64,000 bases of DNA from Oopsacas minuta. Lineage: Eukaryota > Animalia > Porifera. The translations under genes and the position numbers were made by a program. This document shows positions 21,887 to 34,204 of the stretch, piece after piece. The DNA is taken from positions 1-64,000 of the forward strand of contig JAKMXF010000029.1 of NCBI GenBank assembly GCA_024704765.1, read 5' to 3'. The notes under the pieces were generated by a model. It was not told the DNA's origin, did no database searches, and saw nothing but the letters and a program-made list of their open reading frames with translations. Position 1 is the stretch's first letter, and each line of letters begins with the position of its first letter.

Positions 21887-23068
21887 ATGAACAGTAGCAT
21901 CACTACATCCCAAAAACATTATGATAACATAATTTTTTCACATATAAACAAAATTCATAGTATTATTACGCCAATATTCTTCCTAAACATTCTACTTATT
22001 TTATTATTCTCCAGTTCATGGGCAATATATTCAATCAGTAAATTGCTGAAAGATTACAGAAAAGAGAAATTGAATTCTAAACTAATTAACAGCCGACCAG
22101 AACATGTGTGGCTCAACGAGATGCAAAATTTTAGGACAAACAGAATAAAACATATTTTCCTCTTAGCTATATGTTTGAGTGATATTGGATTTACATTTTC
22201 AATCGTTTACCAGGAATTTCTTGCAATACCAGGAATTTATAACAGCACTCCTTGGTTGGAAAAATATTATTTTGGGGAAAAGCTAGTATTTATTGACAAA
22301 CATATAAATACTTTCAATAATATACAAGTATTTGTAACGTCGACAGCCTCTTGTATAGTGCATGCTATAACCACAATATCTGTCTACTCTATGGCATTAT
22401 TTGTTCGTATTCTAACACAGTTTATGGTATATCAATACAGTTATTTCAAATCACAACTGAATTTAAAGTTTGAGTTATATATCTCACTTTCCTGTCTTAT
22501 CGTCCTATTCATTATGGCTGTAGTTCAACAACCACAACTAATAATGATATATAATGTTTGTATTGTAATGGTGGTAACCTATGAATATGTCTCGTTTCTC
22601 ATTGCAAGTAGAAAATTGTGTCTTTTACTCAAGCAACGACTTTCTGATGCAATTCAACATGAAAACCAATCTAGAACTGTAATACTCTACTACAAAACAG
22701 TATACAATGATTATAAGAAAGGATCAATTGTTATGTTAATAGCATTCTTTGCTCAATATTTGGGTTTCTCCATCTACTGTATCAATCCAGTTATTATAAA
22801 TATTATTAGAGATGCCTTACCCAATGAAGATGATATTGAGGCTATGAATATTATTGTTTTATGTATTTCTACATTTCAGTTAATTGAAATAATTGTAGGA
22901 ACACTAGGAACTAGCATACAGATATTACTCTATTTGACTGTTTCTCTATGCAGGACATTTCGGAGCATTTATCATCGTATTAAGCTGAATGACAATATTT
23001 CTTCTAACAGATCTTCTCTCAAAATACTGATTGAAAGAAATAATACAGCTTACAGAATGAAAATGTGA
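21887..23068 (+). CDS. Orphan 7-TM family member, subfamily A, intact and intronless (393 aa)
   Basis: Seven hydrophobic segments. The basic loop after TM1 and the basic C-tail suggest N-out/C-in topology. Paralogue of 1-718, 28054-29210 and 35789-36976. Confidence 0.9.
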   Translation: MNSSITTSQKHYDNIIFSHINKIHSIITPIFFLNILLILLFSSSWAIYSISKLLKDYRKEKLNSKLINSRPEHVWLNEMQNFRTNRIKHIFLLAICLSDIGFTFSIVYQEFLAIPGIYNSTPWLEKYYFGEKLVFIDKHINTFNNIQVFVTSTASCIVHAITTISVYSMALFVRILTQFMVYQYSYFKSQLNLKFELYISLSCLIVLFIMAVVQQPQLIMIYNVCIVMVVTYEYVSFLIASRKLCLLLKQRLSDAIQHENQSRTVILYYKTVYNDYKKGSIVMLIAFFAQYLGFSIYCINPVIINIIRDALPNEDDIEAMNIIVLCISTFQLIEIIVGTLGTSIQILLYLTVSLCRTFRSIYHRIKLNDNISSNRSSLKILIERNNTAYRMKM

Positions 23069-23241
23069 AATAATGATTGTATATTGCAGATAATAATTGA
23101 TTTACATTTGTATTATTATATTACAGGTTATATAATTCGTTGATTTATTCTAGATTAATCTCTCCGTATTATTATATACTATAGTCAATAGATTTGTTAT
23201 AACTATAATAGTATATTTATGAGTATTTATGTACACTGTAT

Positions 23242-25935
23242 CAGGCTTGGACTGGGTCACGAATAAACCGGGTCATCGGGTCAACCGGGTCACTATTTTC
23301 AATAAATTAGCGGGTCTGAACCGGGTCACTGATTTTGACTTGACCCGGTTTATATCTTTATAGATAATTAAATTATAACGGTTTGTAAATCATGAAGATT
23401 CAGTCAATATTAGTTAGACGTTTCATTTTCATGAATCATTAGTATTTTACTAACTTGTTTGGTATCATTACTACTGTATACTTATATACATATATACTCT
23501 TATGTACGTATATAGATATGTAATATACTTTTGTATGTTTAGAGATGGATTGTGCTGGTATTAGTAAGAAAGTTGAAAATGAGATTTATACCTTAAAAGT
23601 AAAATCTTCCACACGTTTGAACATAAGTCCTTTTGGAAATATTTTTCAGAAGTTTTGAACGATAACGGAAACATTATTTTTGGAGTAGCATGCTGTAACC
23701 ATTGTCTCAAATGCATTATTTATAAAATGAAAGTGGATAGTGGTAAGATTATTGATTATGGAACAAAGAATTTGAATGTCACATACGATATTGTAGTCCA
23801 GATGTATCATCATCCTCACAGGTTAGAATCACGTCTCTTCTTAATAGAAGTTACTTCTAAGGATATTATAAATAAACAGGATGCTCAAAAAATTCTTATC
23901 TCTAGTAGAAATTTCATTGCGGGGGGCATTTTTGTCATTTAATACCATTGGAAATCCACAATTCATCCTTTTCTCTCAAGAAATGATCAGAATTGGTGCA
24001 AAATATGGTAATGTGAGTGCTTCTAATATACTTCCTGGACGAAAGGCTATATCAAAATCAACAGTTGAACAGATCAATACTATCAAACAAGATATTTGTT
24101 CTAGACTCCAAGATCCAATACAGAGGGATGCTGTTGCTTTCACAACAGATCTTTGGACAGATAATGTTATGAATTGAAGTTACCTAGATGTTTCCTTTTT
24201 CTGGATTTCACAGGGTACGGATGAGAGTGATATTGGTAAAGAATTATGGACCCTCAAACGCGCTATGTATGCTTGCAAAGTTTTTCCCAAAATAAAAACC
24301 TCTGAAAATATTGAGTTTGAGCTAGATCAAATTTTAACAGAAGTATATTGTGATCCTACTAATACTCCTGTTACAACAGACAAGGGAGCAAATATGGTGG
24401 CTGCTACTGCACAAAAGATTAGGATAGATTGTGCCTGTCACAGAATTAATACCGCGATTAAAACTGGATGGGAACGAGCTATGATGGAAAATGAGGAACT
24501 CGACCAGCTTCATGATGACGTTAATAAGGCAGTTACATTTGCAAAAAAATCATCTGGAATTCAATCGGAACTACCTATATCACTGAAAAGAGGTGGTAAG
24601 ACAAGGCCATGGAGAAGTCTTTACTCAATGTTTAACTCGATTTTGCAGTCATATGGAAAGTTATCAGACATATTAACAGAGAAGAATAAGGCTTACATTG
24701 TTGCAGGAATAGACTTGAATCTTTTGGCTATCGTCACGAAGTTTTTTGAAAAACTTAATCGTATATTCGATATCCTCGAATTTGGATCTATAGCTAGTAT
24801 TCAGAATGTGGCACCCTCATATTATGCTCTTCAAAATGCTTGGGAAATAGAAACAGATGATGATCCATTAACACGTATTCTGAGACGAATAATGACAGAA
24901 GAACTTGTACAAAAGGTGTGGACATCTCTAAATTCTATCCATTTTATTGCAGCTTACCTCGATCCTACACTAAAATCATTTCTATTCAGTGAAGAATAAA
25001 CAAGATCGCATCATTTTCCTTAAAACTGCAAGAGAAGGTATTATACTTGCATTTAAAGAGAAATTAATTCCTCCCCCACAATTCCAAATTCAGGAAAATC
25101 AGGTAGATGAACCTCTTCTGCCATCAGCTCCTAAAAGTAATAGATTAGATCCACTTTTATGCTTTAGGAACTGTAGTACTACAGTTTCAACTAATAATTA
25201 TACGAATTGGAATGAAGAATTTGGAGATCAGAATTAACAGACTATGAAAAGATCATTTCGATTCAATATGATGAAGATATCTTTGATCCTATAAAGTGGT
25301 GGGGGAAACACAGTTGCAGATTCCCAATTACCAGTTTCCTGTCACAGTCATTTTTAGTAATTCAGGCTAGTTCGGCTGAATCGGAACGCCACTTTAGTTC
25401 TGCCGGTCGCGTTACGAGGAAAGAGCGGGCAAAATTGAATCCAGATACAGTGGAGGGGTGAGTTCTTCTTAATGATGCATTGAAAAAGAAGATAATATGA
25501 CAGACTTCACTTAGTATCTCTCCAATTATACTACTAATCTTTATCTCCATTAATCATAATTATCATTTGTTCTTAGCGTTACTTAAATATATTAAATTTC
25601 ATATATCAAAATCAGAACATATTTTCAGGACTTCTGGAACAAAAATATGGTGCTAACAGAAAACACTAGGGCCCCAGCTACTATATATCCCAACTTTAAC
25701 TATTAGGACCCTAGGCGAGTTTTAAAACACTATGCCTTGTTCAGACTTATCAACCCTTTCTACAAATTTCCCTGGATTTTAATTGCCAAATCCCAGGATA
25801 TTAAAACTTAGTAAAATCTAATCGTTATCAAATCGCATGAATATAGAAAATTAATGTTTTGAAAAACCGGGTTACCGGGTCAGAGCTTTCAACCATTTCT
25901 ACCGGGTCAGGAAATCATGACCCGATCCAAGCCTG
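23242..25935 (+). mobile_element. hAT DNA transposon (Hermes/hobo-like), full length, decayed
   Basis: TIRs CAGGCTTGGACTGGGTCA and CAGGCTTGGATCGGGTCA (reverse complement). 8-bp TSD CACTGTAT at 23234-23241 and 25936-25943. Subterminal ACCGGGTCA repeats at both ends. The empty site is visible at about 37142-37149. Confidence 0.95.
23545..25500 (+). pseudogene. hAT transposase pseudogene with several frameshifts and stops
   Basis: Fragments carry FTTDLWTD (first catalytic D), VTTDKGANM, CACHRIN (CxxH), PWRSLYSM, and the C-terminal dimerisation region DPIKWWG...ASSAESERHFSSAG..TRKERAKL. Confidence 0.92.
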
Positions 25936-26019
25936 CACTGTATTATTAAATCAGAATGAATGTTTAATTATCTAATATCCTCATGAAAGAGACTAATTGA
26001 ATGTAATCAAGGATGTAGT

Positions 26020-26237
26020 AAGTTCAGTTCGGCTGTCACGTATTTCAGAATTCAATTTCTCTTTTCTGTCATCTTTCAGCAATTTACGGATTGAATATAT
26101 TGCCCATGAACTGGAGAATATTAAAATAAGTAGAAAGTTTAGGAAGAATATTGGCGAAAAATACTATGAATTTTGTTTATATGAGGCAAAATTTTATTAT
26201 TGTAATGTTTTTGGGATGTAGTGATGCTACTGTTCAT
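26020..26237 (-). pseudogene. Truncated, frameshifted 5' fragment of a subfamily A 7-TM gene
   Basis: ATG at 26237 (MNSSITTSQKH...), a 1-nt deletion around 26155, and homology lost after about 70 codons. Retains the upstream region (26238-26520, similar to 719-1000). Confidence 0.85.
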
Positions 26238-26527
26238 TTCTTGTGTATTACAGTTGATATCTTTTTCTCATATATATATATATCCTCCACCAGTCAGTCC
26301 CCCTCTGGTTACTCAATTAGTAAATGCTCATTTCTATTAACTGATCATCCTATGCTAACTACTTAATTAACTATCAGATATAATTATCAACCATTTCTAA
26401 CTATTTCCCTGGATAATTATCTCAAAATTTCGGGATTCAATTTCCCTGAGTTTCTAATTTTATCTATATTATTATATTATTAACGCATTTAATATGATGT
26501 AAGTATATATATATATATATATACATA

Positions 26528-27100
26528 CAGAGTGGGCCAAAAATTGGGCCCGAACAATTTGCTTCGATGCTGCTTAATATTTAGGAGAGATAACAAAACC
26601 TTATAGTTATAGAGCTAAAATGGCGTACAAGATGTATACAAGCTATTATTATCGTAGGTTGAAAGTCTAAGAGGATTAGAGCTCAGGGGCGAGATGGACA
26701 CCATCAAAATAGTCCCTTTTTTGGATTTTTGAGGAAAAATTCCAATTACATTCTTCAGAACTATTTCTCCCGGCATGACTTGCACGGTCTTCGGACTTGC
26801 TAATTAGGTTTTTAACTGTTCTCTCAGGCTGAAAACTCTTAACCCAACCATGAATTCTTGATTTCCAGGGCGCATTTTTGACATCGAATATATGCTGATA
26901 TTTTGTGTAATCTCCTTGAAAGACCGGGATTCAAAAATTCTCTGAATTCACAAAGACTTGTACTGAATACTCTATTATTCGTCTTTGGATTATCTAACAT
27001 ATATTTAAAGAGAATAAATAGAACAGTATTGCTTTGTTTGACTAATAGTTTCAAGATGGCCTGAAATGTACACGGGGCCGGTTGTTTTTGGCTCACTCGG
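26528..27100. mobile_element. Tc1/mariner-type MITE, 573 bp
   Basis: TIRs CAGAGTGGGCCAAAAA and CCGAGTGAGCCAAAAA (reverse complement), flanked by TA. Absent from the paralogous upstream segment at about 985-1020. Confidence 0.8.
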
Positions 27101-27729
27101 TATTCCAATGTTCGTATGACCAGAATTGATTGAAGAAACTGGAAGATCCCCAGAGCTGAATTTTGCATAGAGGACAGGGGTACTTTGGGCCTGGCTCGGA
27201 CAAGTTCGAGTCTTGGACGAAAGTTCAAACCTATGACGAAATTATGACGTAATTGTCACAATTTTGGATTTTAAAATATCACATTAATGGCCACTGCTCA
27301 GCCAATATACATGAGAGAATTCTGAAATTTGAATCGCAGGTATCCCTAATGGTATAAATATGTATCTCTATGTATTATTGTTTATTAATTGACCAATTAA
27401 ATTTACCAATATTTTACATTAAGAATAAATACATCGACAACAAAATCTTTGAGTTTATTATTCCGCGGATATTCAACTAAATGTTGCTTGAATACACATG
27501 TAAGCATGTTAAATATATTTCAACGAGTGAAGCAGCCAAAATGACGAAAAAGTGCCAAAGACAAATGTGAAAAAGGTAAATAATGAACACTTTCATAAAA
27601 GTCTACGTAAACTTATAAAGTAGAATGAATGAATGATTAATGTGGTCTGTTCTCTATAGAACCTCTACTTAGAGTCGTTTTAATGGTTTATATGTACTTG
27701 ATATATTCTATATCTATACTATGTATAAT

Positions 27730-27898
27730 AGGGGCTGTTCAAATGTTACGTTACGCTACAAGGGGGAAGGGGTGGTATGTGAAATGTGACAGCTCCATTC
27801 CTTTTGTATTATATAACGGTCCAAAAGCGTGACACAGGGAGGCTAGGAGGAGGTGCCAATATTTATGGAATTTACACTACGTAACGTTTGAACGGACT
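27730..27898. mobile_element. MITE, PIF/Harbinger-like TIR
   Basis: GGGGCTGTTCAAATGTTACGT ... ACGTAACGTTTGAACGGAC inverted ends. Confidence 0.5.
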
Positions 27899-28053
27899 AA
27901 TATATCAATAAGAATACGAGAGCACCCTAAGGGTGCCGCCCGCGAACGCGAAGTGTACTCGATCAGCGCAGCGTAAGACAGCAAAGCTTCCTTATATTCT
28001 ATAATACGTGTATAGGTAGTAATTATATTTGTATGCAATTGGCAATCATTATT

Positions 28054-29210
28054 TCACATTTTCATTCTGTAAGCTGTATTGTTTCTTTCAATCAAACGTT
28101 TGAGAGAAGATCTGTTAGAAGAAATATTGTTATTCAGCTTAATACGATGATAAATGCTCCGAAATGTCCTGCGTAGAGAAACAGTCAAATAGAGTAATAT
28201 CTGTATGTTAGTTCCTAGTATTAACAAAATTATTTCTATTGTGTTAACGTATGAAAGAATATTATAAATAGTATCAGCCTCATTATGTGTCCAAATGTTG
28301 GAATCTTCAACCAATTTCATAATAACTGGATTGATACAGTAGATGGAGAAACCCAAATATTGAGCAAAGAATGCTATTAACATAACAATTGATCCTTTCT
28401 TATAATCATTGTATACTGTTTTGTAGTAGAGTATTACAGTTTTAGATTGGTTTTCATGTTGAATTGCATCAGAAAGTCGTTGTTTGAGTAAAAGACACAA
28501 TTTTCTACTTACAATGAGAAGCAAGACATATTCATAGATTACCACCATTACATATCATTATTAGTTGTGGTTGTGGTACTACAGCCATAATGAATAGGAC
28601 GATAAGACAGGAAAGTGAGATATATAACTCAAACTTTAAATTCAGTTGTGATTTGAAATAACTGTATTGATATACCATAAACTGTGTTAGAATACGAACA
28701 AATAATGCTATAGAGTAGACAGATATTGTGGTTACAGCATTCGCTATACGACGAATCTTTGAGTGTATCAAAAGATCTAACGGAATGTAACTATTTATAT
28801 TTTCTGAATTGTATACTAGTTGTATTTGAGGCCAGAAATGTTGCAACCCAATCTCTGATAATTTTTTAAGATAAAAAATTACAATATAAATCACAACGGA
28901 GACGATTGAAATTGTCATTGTAATTTCACTCAAACATATGGCCAAGAGGAAGCTATGTTTTATTCTGTTTATTTTGAAATTCGGCATCCCATTTAGCGTA
29001 CATTTTCAGGTCGGCTATTCCATTCAGCTTCATTTTCCTCTCTTTTGCAATTTTTCTGTAATCTATGAATTAAACATATTGCCCATGAAGTCGAGAATAT
29101 TAGAATAAGAGTGAAATTTAGATAGAATATCAACGCGAAAGTGGTACTAACAAGAGAGTATATTCTGTAGCCATAAAGTTTCTGGATAATTTCCTCACTA
29201 GTTTTTGAAT
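28054..29210 (-). pseudogene. Subfamily A 7-TM pseudogene
   Basis: No in-frame ATG found at the expected position near 29210, a 1-nt deletion at about 28998, and a 14-nt deletion between CATTAC direct repeats at about 28550. ORF pieces 28532-28987 and 28054-28548 match the paralogues. Confidence 0.88.
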
Positions 29211-29745
29211 ATTAATCATTTACCTAACCAATAATATTGGAGCATGCTAACTGCTGTAGGATAATATATACTTAGATATTACGTACTATTTAGGAATAAT
29301 TGGGTAGTTTATTTAGGAAAAAATACCTAAAATTGGTTGAGAATTGTAAAAGGTTAAATTTCCTATTTGTAATCATTATCAAATTAATATTTTCACTTAT
29401 GTAATTGTAATCATTTAGGAATAATTATTTTGGATATTATCAAATCTCTATTGTAATTGTAGTTATAGGAAATATAAACCTTGCCTAGTTATCAAGATAC
29501 CCAGTTTTCAATATATTCGTACTGACTTGCTCTCAAGGTATACATCGGAGTATGGGAGCAACCAAGTCAGTACATCCTCAGTTATCTCAAGTACATTATT
29601 CTTGGAATATCAAGTATGCTGTTCGGATAACTGAATGCATGTATGAAATTCTTAAGATGAAATCACTTCTTGAGATTATATGGAATTATGATTTTACTAA
29701 TAGCATTACATAGCATAGTGGCTCAGTTTAAAATGGTTGACTTAG

Positions 29746-29823
29746 TATATATGTTATGGGCAGTATGAGAAATTGGGCATTAAGCATAATGCCCAATTTC
29801 TCATACTGCCCATAACATATATA
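29746..29823. repeat. Perfect palindrome: 37-bp arms with a 4-nt loop
   Basis: TATATATGTTATGGGCAGTATGAGAAATTGGGCATTA-agca-TAATGCCCAATTTCTCATACTGCCCATAACATATATA. Confidence 0.95.
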
Positions 29824-29997
29824 TACATTAGCGCAACTAGGCTTATGAGTCAGTGTGGGCAAATATGACTCTCCTTATACTTTTTGTAGTACGGTGGAGT
29901 CAAATCTGGGTGGGCGATATACCCACCAAAATTGGCCTTAGTTGCACCTATGTATATAAATGTTACGGTCAATACCTGAAATCCGAATATACTTTAG

Positions 29998-30236
29998 TAC
30001 AGTGCAGTAGCTCAGTATTGAAATAGGTGCCTGAAATTTATCTACCGTGTCGACTACTAGTTAGCGACTCTGTACTGAGATTATTGCCAATATATACCAT
30101 TTTTAAGGCCAAATTATTAGCAAAATCAAAATTTCTCCAAAAGGGAGAGCTGAAGAAACTGGCTCACTAACTAGTAGTTCACACAGTACATAAATTTAAT
30201 GCACCTATTTCAATACTGAGTCACTATTCTGAAGTA
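29998..30236. mobile_element. MITE-like inverted repeat element
   Basis: CTCAGTATTGAAATAGGTGC near the left end and GCACCTATTTCAATACTGAG near the right end, with further subterminal symmetry (ACTACTAGTTAG / CTAACTAGTAGT). Confidence 0.7.
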
Positions 30237-32386
30237 TACTCGGCACATTATAAATAATACAGACCATGTTACGCGTATTGACTAACAGGTTGAATCTCAG
30301 TAGGCGTACTGACTAGCTATCTCGCGTGTTTTGCTCGCCTTTCACACCTTTATGGATTAAGACACCAAATTTGGCATGTGTACTCGTAGTGACATATAAT
30401 TGTGCACCTGACATTTGAAAAGTTTCCAATGTGTATATTTTCACACTTTTTGACACCTCTGCATTTTAGCCCAATCAGATTGAAAGGTTTTACAATTTGT
30501 CATAAATGCATAAAATTAATTCTGATGGAGTGTTTGTAATTAAATTAGCACTGTAATGTATATGTATTGATGTAGACTGCCATTCTATTGGTCAAGACAT
30601 TCTATTAAATATATATATATATACACTGATTTATCATATGATCAAACATATCTTCACACATTTTAGTGAATATTTCAAATCATCCTTGAGATTAGCTTCC
30701 ACTTGTTAAATAGGGGTGAACAGGACGTAGAATGCGATTTTGACATATTTAAATGTCTAATAAGATTTGCTAATATGGATATTTAGTAGAATAATATAGT
30801 TTCAATATTCCACTGAAATAAATTTGGTAAAATTTAAGTCGGTGTAGATGGTGATTGGAGATTTTACTCTCCCGACTATATACAGTAGAAGGCACAGTAC
30901 AGGGACGGCGCCAGGATTCATCTTTTTGACATTTTTGGGTAGGCCCATATTTGAGATGGTAGGTACGCATAGAGGGAAGGGCGCCGAATTTGCCTTGAAC
31001 CGAGTGGGGGTTCGGTGGTCCTCCATAGGGAATTTTTGAAAAATGAGAAAACCTGATACTTGTTACTTGGGTCATTTCAAAAGTACTGATCACTAATCAT
31101 AATTGATACTAATATTAATATAAATGAACACATTAAACTTATTCCAGATTGTTTAATCAATTCGCTATTAATGGTCCTCAAATGTAAAGAATATTAGATA
31201 TATACCTTTCTATTTACGTATTATTTTATATTAATAACTATCATAAGTCTGCTATTGAGTGTCATTTTGTCATTTCCTTATTTAATAAATAATGATTGCT
31301 AGCAATTCTATTGATTTAGTTGAAGTGTCTTGGTTTGTGGCCATTTTGAATAGAAATCCAACAGAAGTACACATACAATATCTACAAGAATCATTAGAAA
31401 AATCCATTTTGAAAAGGATGAAGATGGAAAATTAGAGCATCTACAGGCCCAAATTGAATTCTTAAAATCAAAGCTGAATATGTTACTGCAAATTCGAACA
31501 AAAAAATTCGAAACTACTTCTTCAGGTATGCATGCTAAGGAAGGAACTCCATTTTATCCAAAATAATGGGCAATTAGTAATAGAAAATTCAATATTTTAT
31601 GAGGCTTCACAAATGGAGGAAGACCCGGATGTCAGTCAAATGACTAGTGAATTGAAAGATGAGACAGACGAAAATAAATGATACCTCAAAAGGAGAAGAT
31701 TCGTGTCCCAATCATTTTCATATCATATTCAGTTTCCCTATTCTATTACTCATCTTATATGTTAGTCAATAGACATATTCCTTGTTAGTTATTTATCTTC
31801 TTTCTCAATATATTTTCACTAATTATCCTAGAAAACTACTTAATTGAATCATTGCCAACTAATATAATAATTTTGGGCCAGTGCTTCCTGCAAATCATTA
31901 TAATACAAAGAGTAAATTTGTCCCAAAGACCAACTCATGCTTACCCACTGATGGGTTTATTACATATGATACCCAGCTAAAACATTAATTCCAAATAATC
32001 GAATTGTATTCCAGTTTGCATTTGATTTGGAATGAATGTAAAGAGAAGTATGCTCATGATTCGAAGCGCGACCTTGAAAGCTGCTTTTAATTGTTTCTCT
32101 ATCTCTTACCGTTTTCAAGTAAACTTGATGGGAAAATTGGACTGCTTGCGAAGATCTTGGAATCACTCCTTAGTTATTCTGCAATCTGCATTTCTGCGCA
32201 CCACCTGATGTCAAAAACTACAAATTCACTAGTAATCTCAGAAGGTTGGATATCAGCTATTGTTCTAAATTTCTCTCCTGGCAAAAAATTTATGATGTCA
32301 CATATAAAAATTGAAAAAATTGGTACTTAGTTATTAAAACTACTTTATTTTTAAATATTTTGATATATATTACTTATTGATTTGAT

Positions 32387-34204
32387 ATGTCGAAAGACAA
32401 TATTCCACTCAAGTATCTCCTGCAGAAAGGGTGGAAGCACTTGAGACATGAGAATGAGACAGCTGAAGAGCGAGCTATTCGTCTAGAGGAACAAAGGCGA
32501 AACAAAGATCACTGAGAGAGCTCCAATCTGATCAAGACCGTGGTAGGAGCCAAAATTCTCAGCGTATATACTAGGACACTAGGAGACAAAATGAAAGCCA
32601 AGATCAAACAGCTGACTGTTTGGACTATAAGCGAAAACACCAGGCTGACCTCAGAGAGATCGAGTCTGAGGCTGAAAGAGCCAGGCGCCTAGACGACAAA
32701 AGAAAACACCAAGCTTGCCTTAGAGAAACCCAGACTGAAGATGAGCGAATGGTTCGTTTGCAATTACAAACATCTGTAGACAGGGGCGGATACAGGGGGG
32801 GGGGGGGGGCATAACCCCCCCTGAGATTTTGAGATCTAATTTTCTGTCTCAAAATGAATAACTAATAAGCTAAGTTAACTTAAATTGTTCCTCTATATGT
32901 GGTAGAAATAGCTGTAGTTCGCTATTTCAGAGTATAACTTTTACAAATTTTCTGGGGGTTTGCCTCCAGACCTCCCTTAGGGATAACTCGCTACGCTTGC
33001 AACTTGGCCCCCCCTGAGATTATATCCTGGATACGCCCCTGTCTGCAGATAATAGAAATAAATCACTACAATCTAAGAGAGGTATCTTAATATTGCTAGG
33101 CTACATATTGCTACTGAAGTATGTGATATCTTAGTTGGTGGAGAATGAATAGGTAGCATGACCTATAATTGTTCATTCTATGACGCCAAATTTTGGGAGG
33201 GGAAAGGTTATCTACAAGTGCAAAATTTTGTTTCAAGTTTTCACTTTGCTGTGGAGAGGATAAAGTCGTTCTTCCCCCTACAGACTAACTCACTGAACTT
33301 CTAGATCACCTTCTTACATCTAATACTAGAGGTAGGAATCATATAAGAGCATACAATTGACTTCTTGCGTTCTGTCCCCTCGCAGCGAATATTGACTAAG
33401 AACTGGCGAACGCTAGGCGTGGAGTATACACATTCTGCATTCAAAGGGTTGTACATCATTACATTAGAAGTTTGCTTGCAAATCGTGACGAGACACCTGC
33501 TTTTGCACGAATCTATATTCACGATGGTACCGAAGAAGCTGAAGTTGAAATCGCCAGAGACATCTAGGAGAGACAAAACTTCCTGAGTTAAAGATCTGGC
33601 AGAGAATGCTCCATGAGTTAGCCCCTATGTTTCTTATTTCAAACATGCTGATCTGATGCGAGAACAGGGCGGAATGGATATCAGGATGGTCATCCGAGCT
33701 GATGGTAACCCAGATCCCCGCCGATACAACCTTCCTACTGCCCGGAAATTGCAGTACTGCTTCCCGGATCAGGATACTCCGAAGCTGTACGGAACAGAGA
33801 TATAGTGCTACATCTATTTGGTGGGAATCAAACGTATTACTGAAACTCATTGTGCTTATGATTCTCTACAATATGTTTTGTTGTTTCCAGAAGGAAGTCA
33901 CGGTTGGCATATTGGTATCCTTCATAGCAGAGGCGGAGGATTTGATAATGCACTGGAGTTCTACAGCTACTGCTTGATGGTTAGGCCTGGAGCCCACCTG
34001 TGCCTCTCTGGAAGACTTTTCCATCAGTACATCGTAGCCATGTACGCCAAGATTGAACAACAGAGGGTAAACTATATCAAGCTAGATCAACAGAAGATAC
34101 GAGTTGATTTGTATAGCGGATTAGCTGATGCTGTAGCGAGAGGTGACACCAATGCAACAGATTTGGGACGGACTGTTATTCTTCCATCAAGTTTCACTAA
34201 CTAG
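32387..34204 (+). mobile_element. Helitron Rep/helicase N-terminal relic (pseudogenised, truncated)
   Basis: N-terminal ETAEERAIRL-type repeats; CC..KV.LP; NHIRAYN..LAF; GVYTF.I; then HCAYDSLQYVLLFPEG..GW, GRLFHQYIVAMYAKIE..R..YI...QQKIRVDLYSGL.DA, LGRTVILPSSFT. Multiple stops and frameshifts. Confidence 0.9.
32781..33041. mobile_element. hAT-type MITE inserted in the Helitron relic, 261 bp
   Basis: TIRs CAGGGGCGGATACAGG and CAGGGGCGTATCCAGG (reverse complement). 8-bp TSD TCTGTAGA / TCTGCAGA with one mismatch. Confidence 0.85.

Noticed and set aside
31960-32330. Short ORFs upstream of the Helitron relic
   Set aside because: No recognisable domain, interrupted frames, and no clear splice structure.
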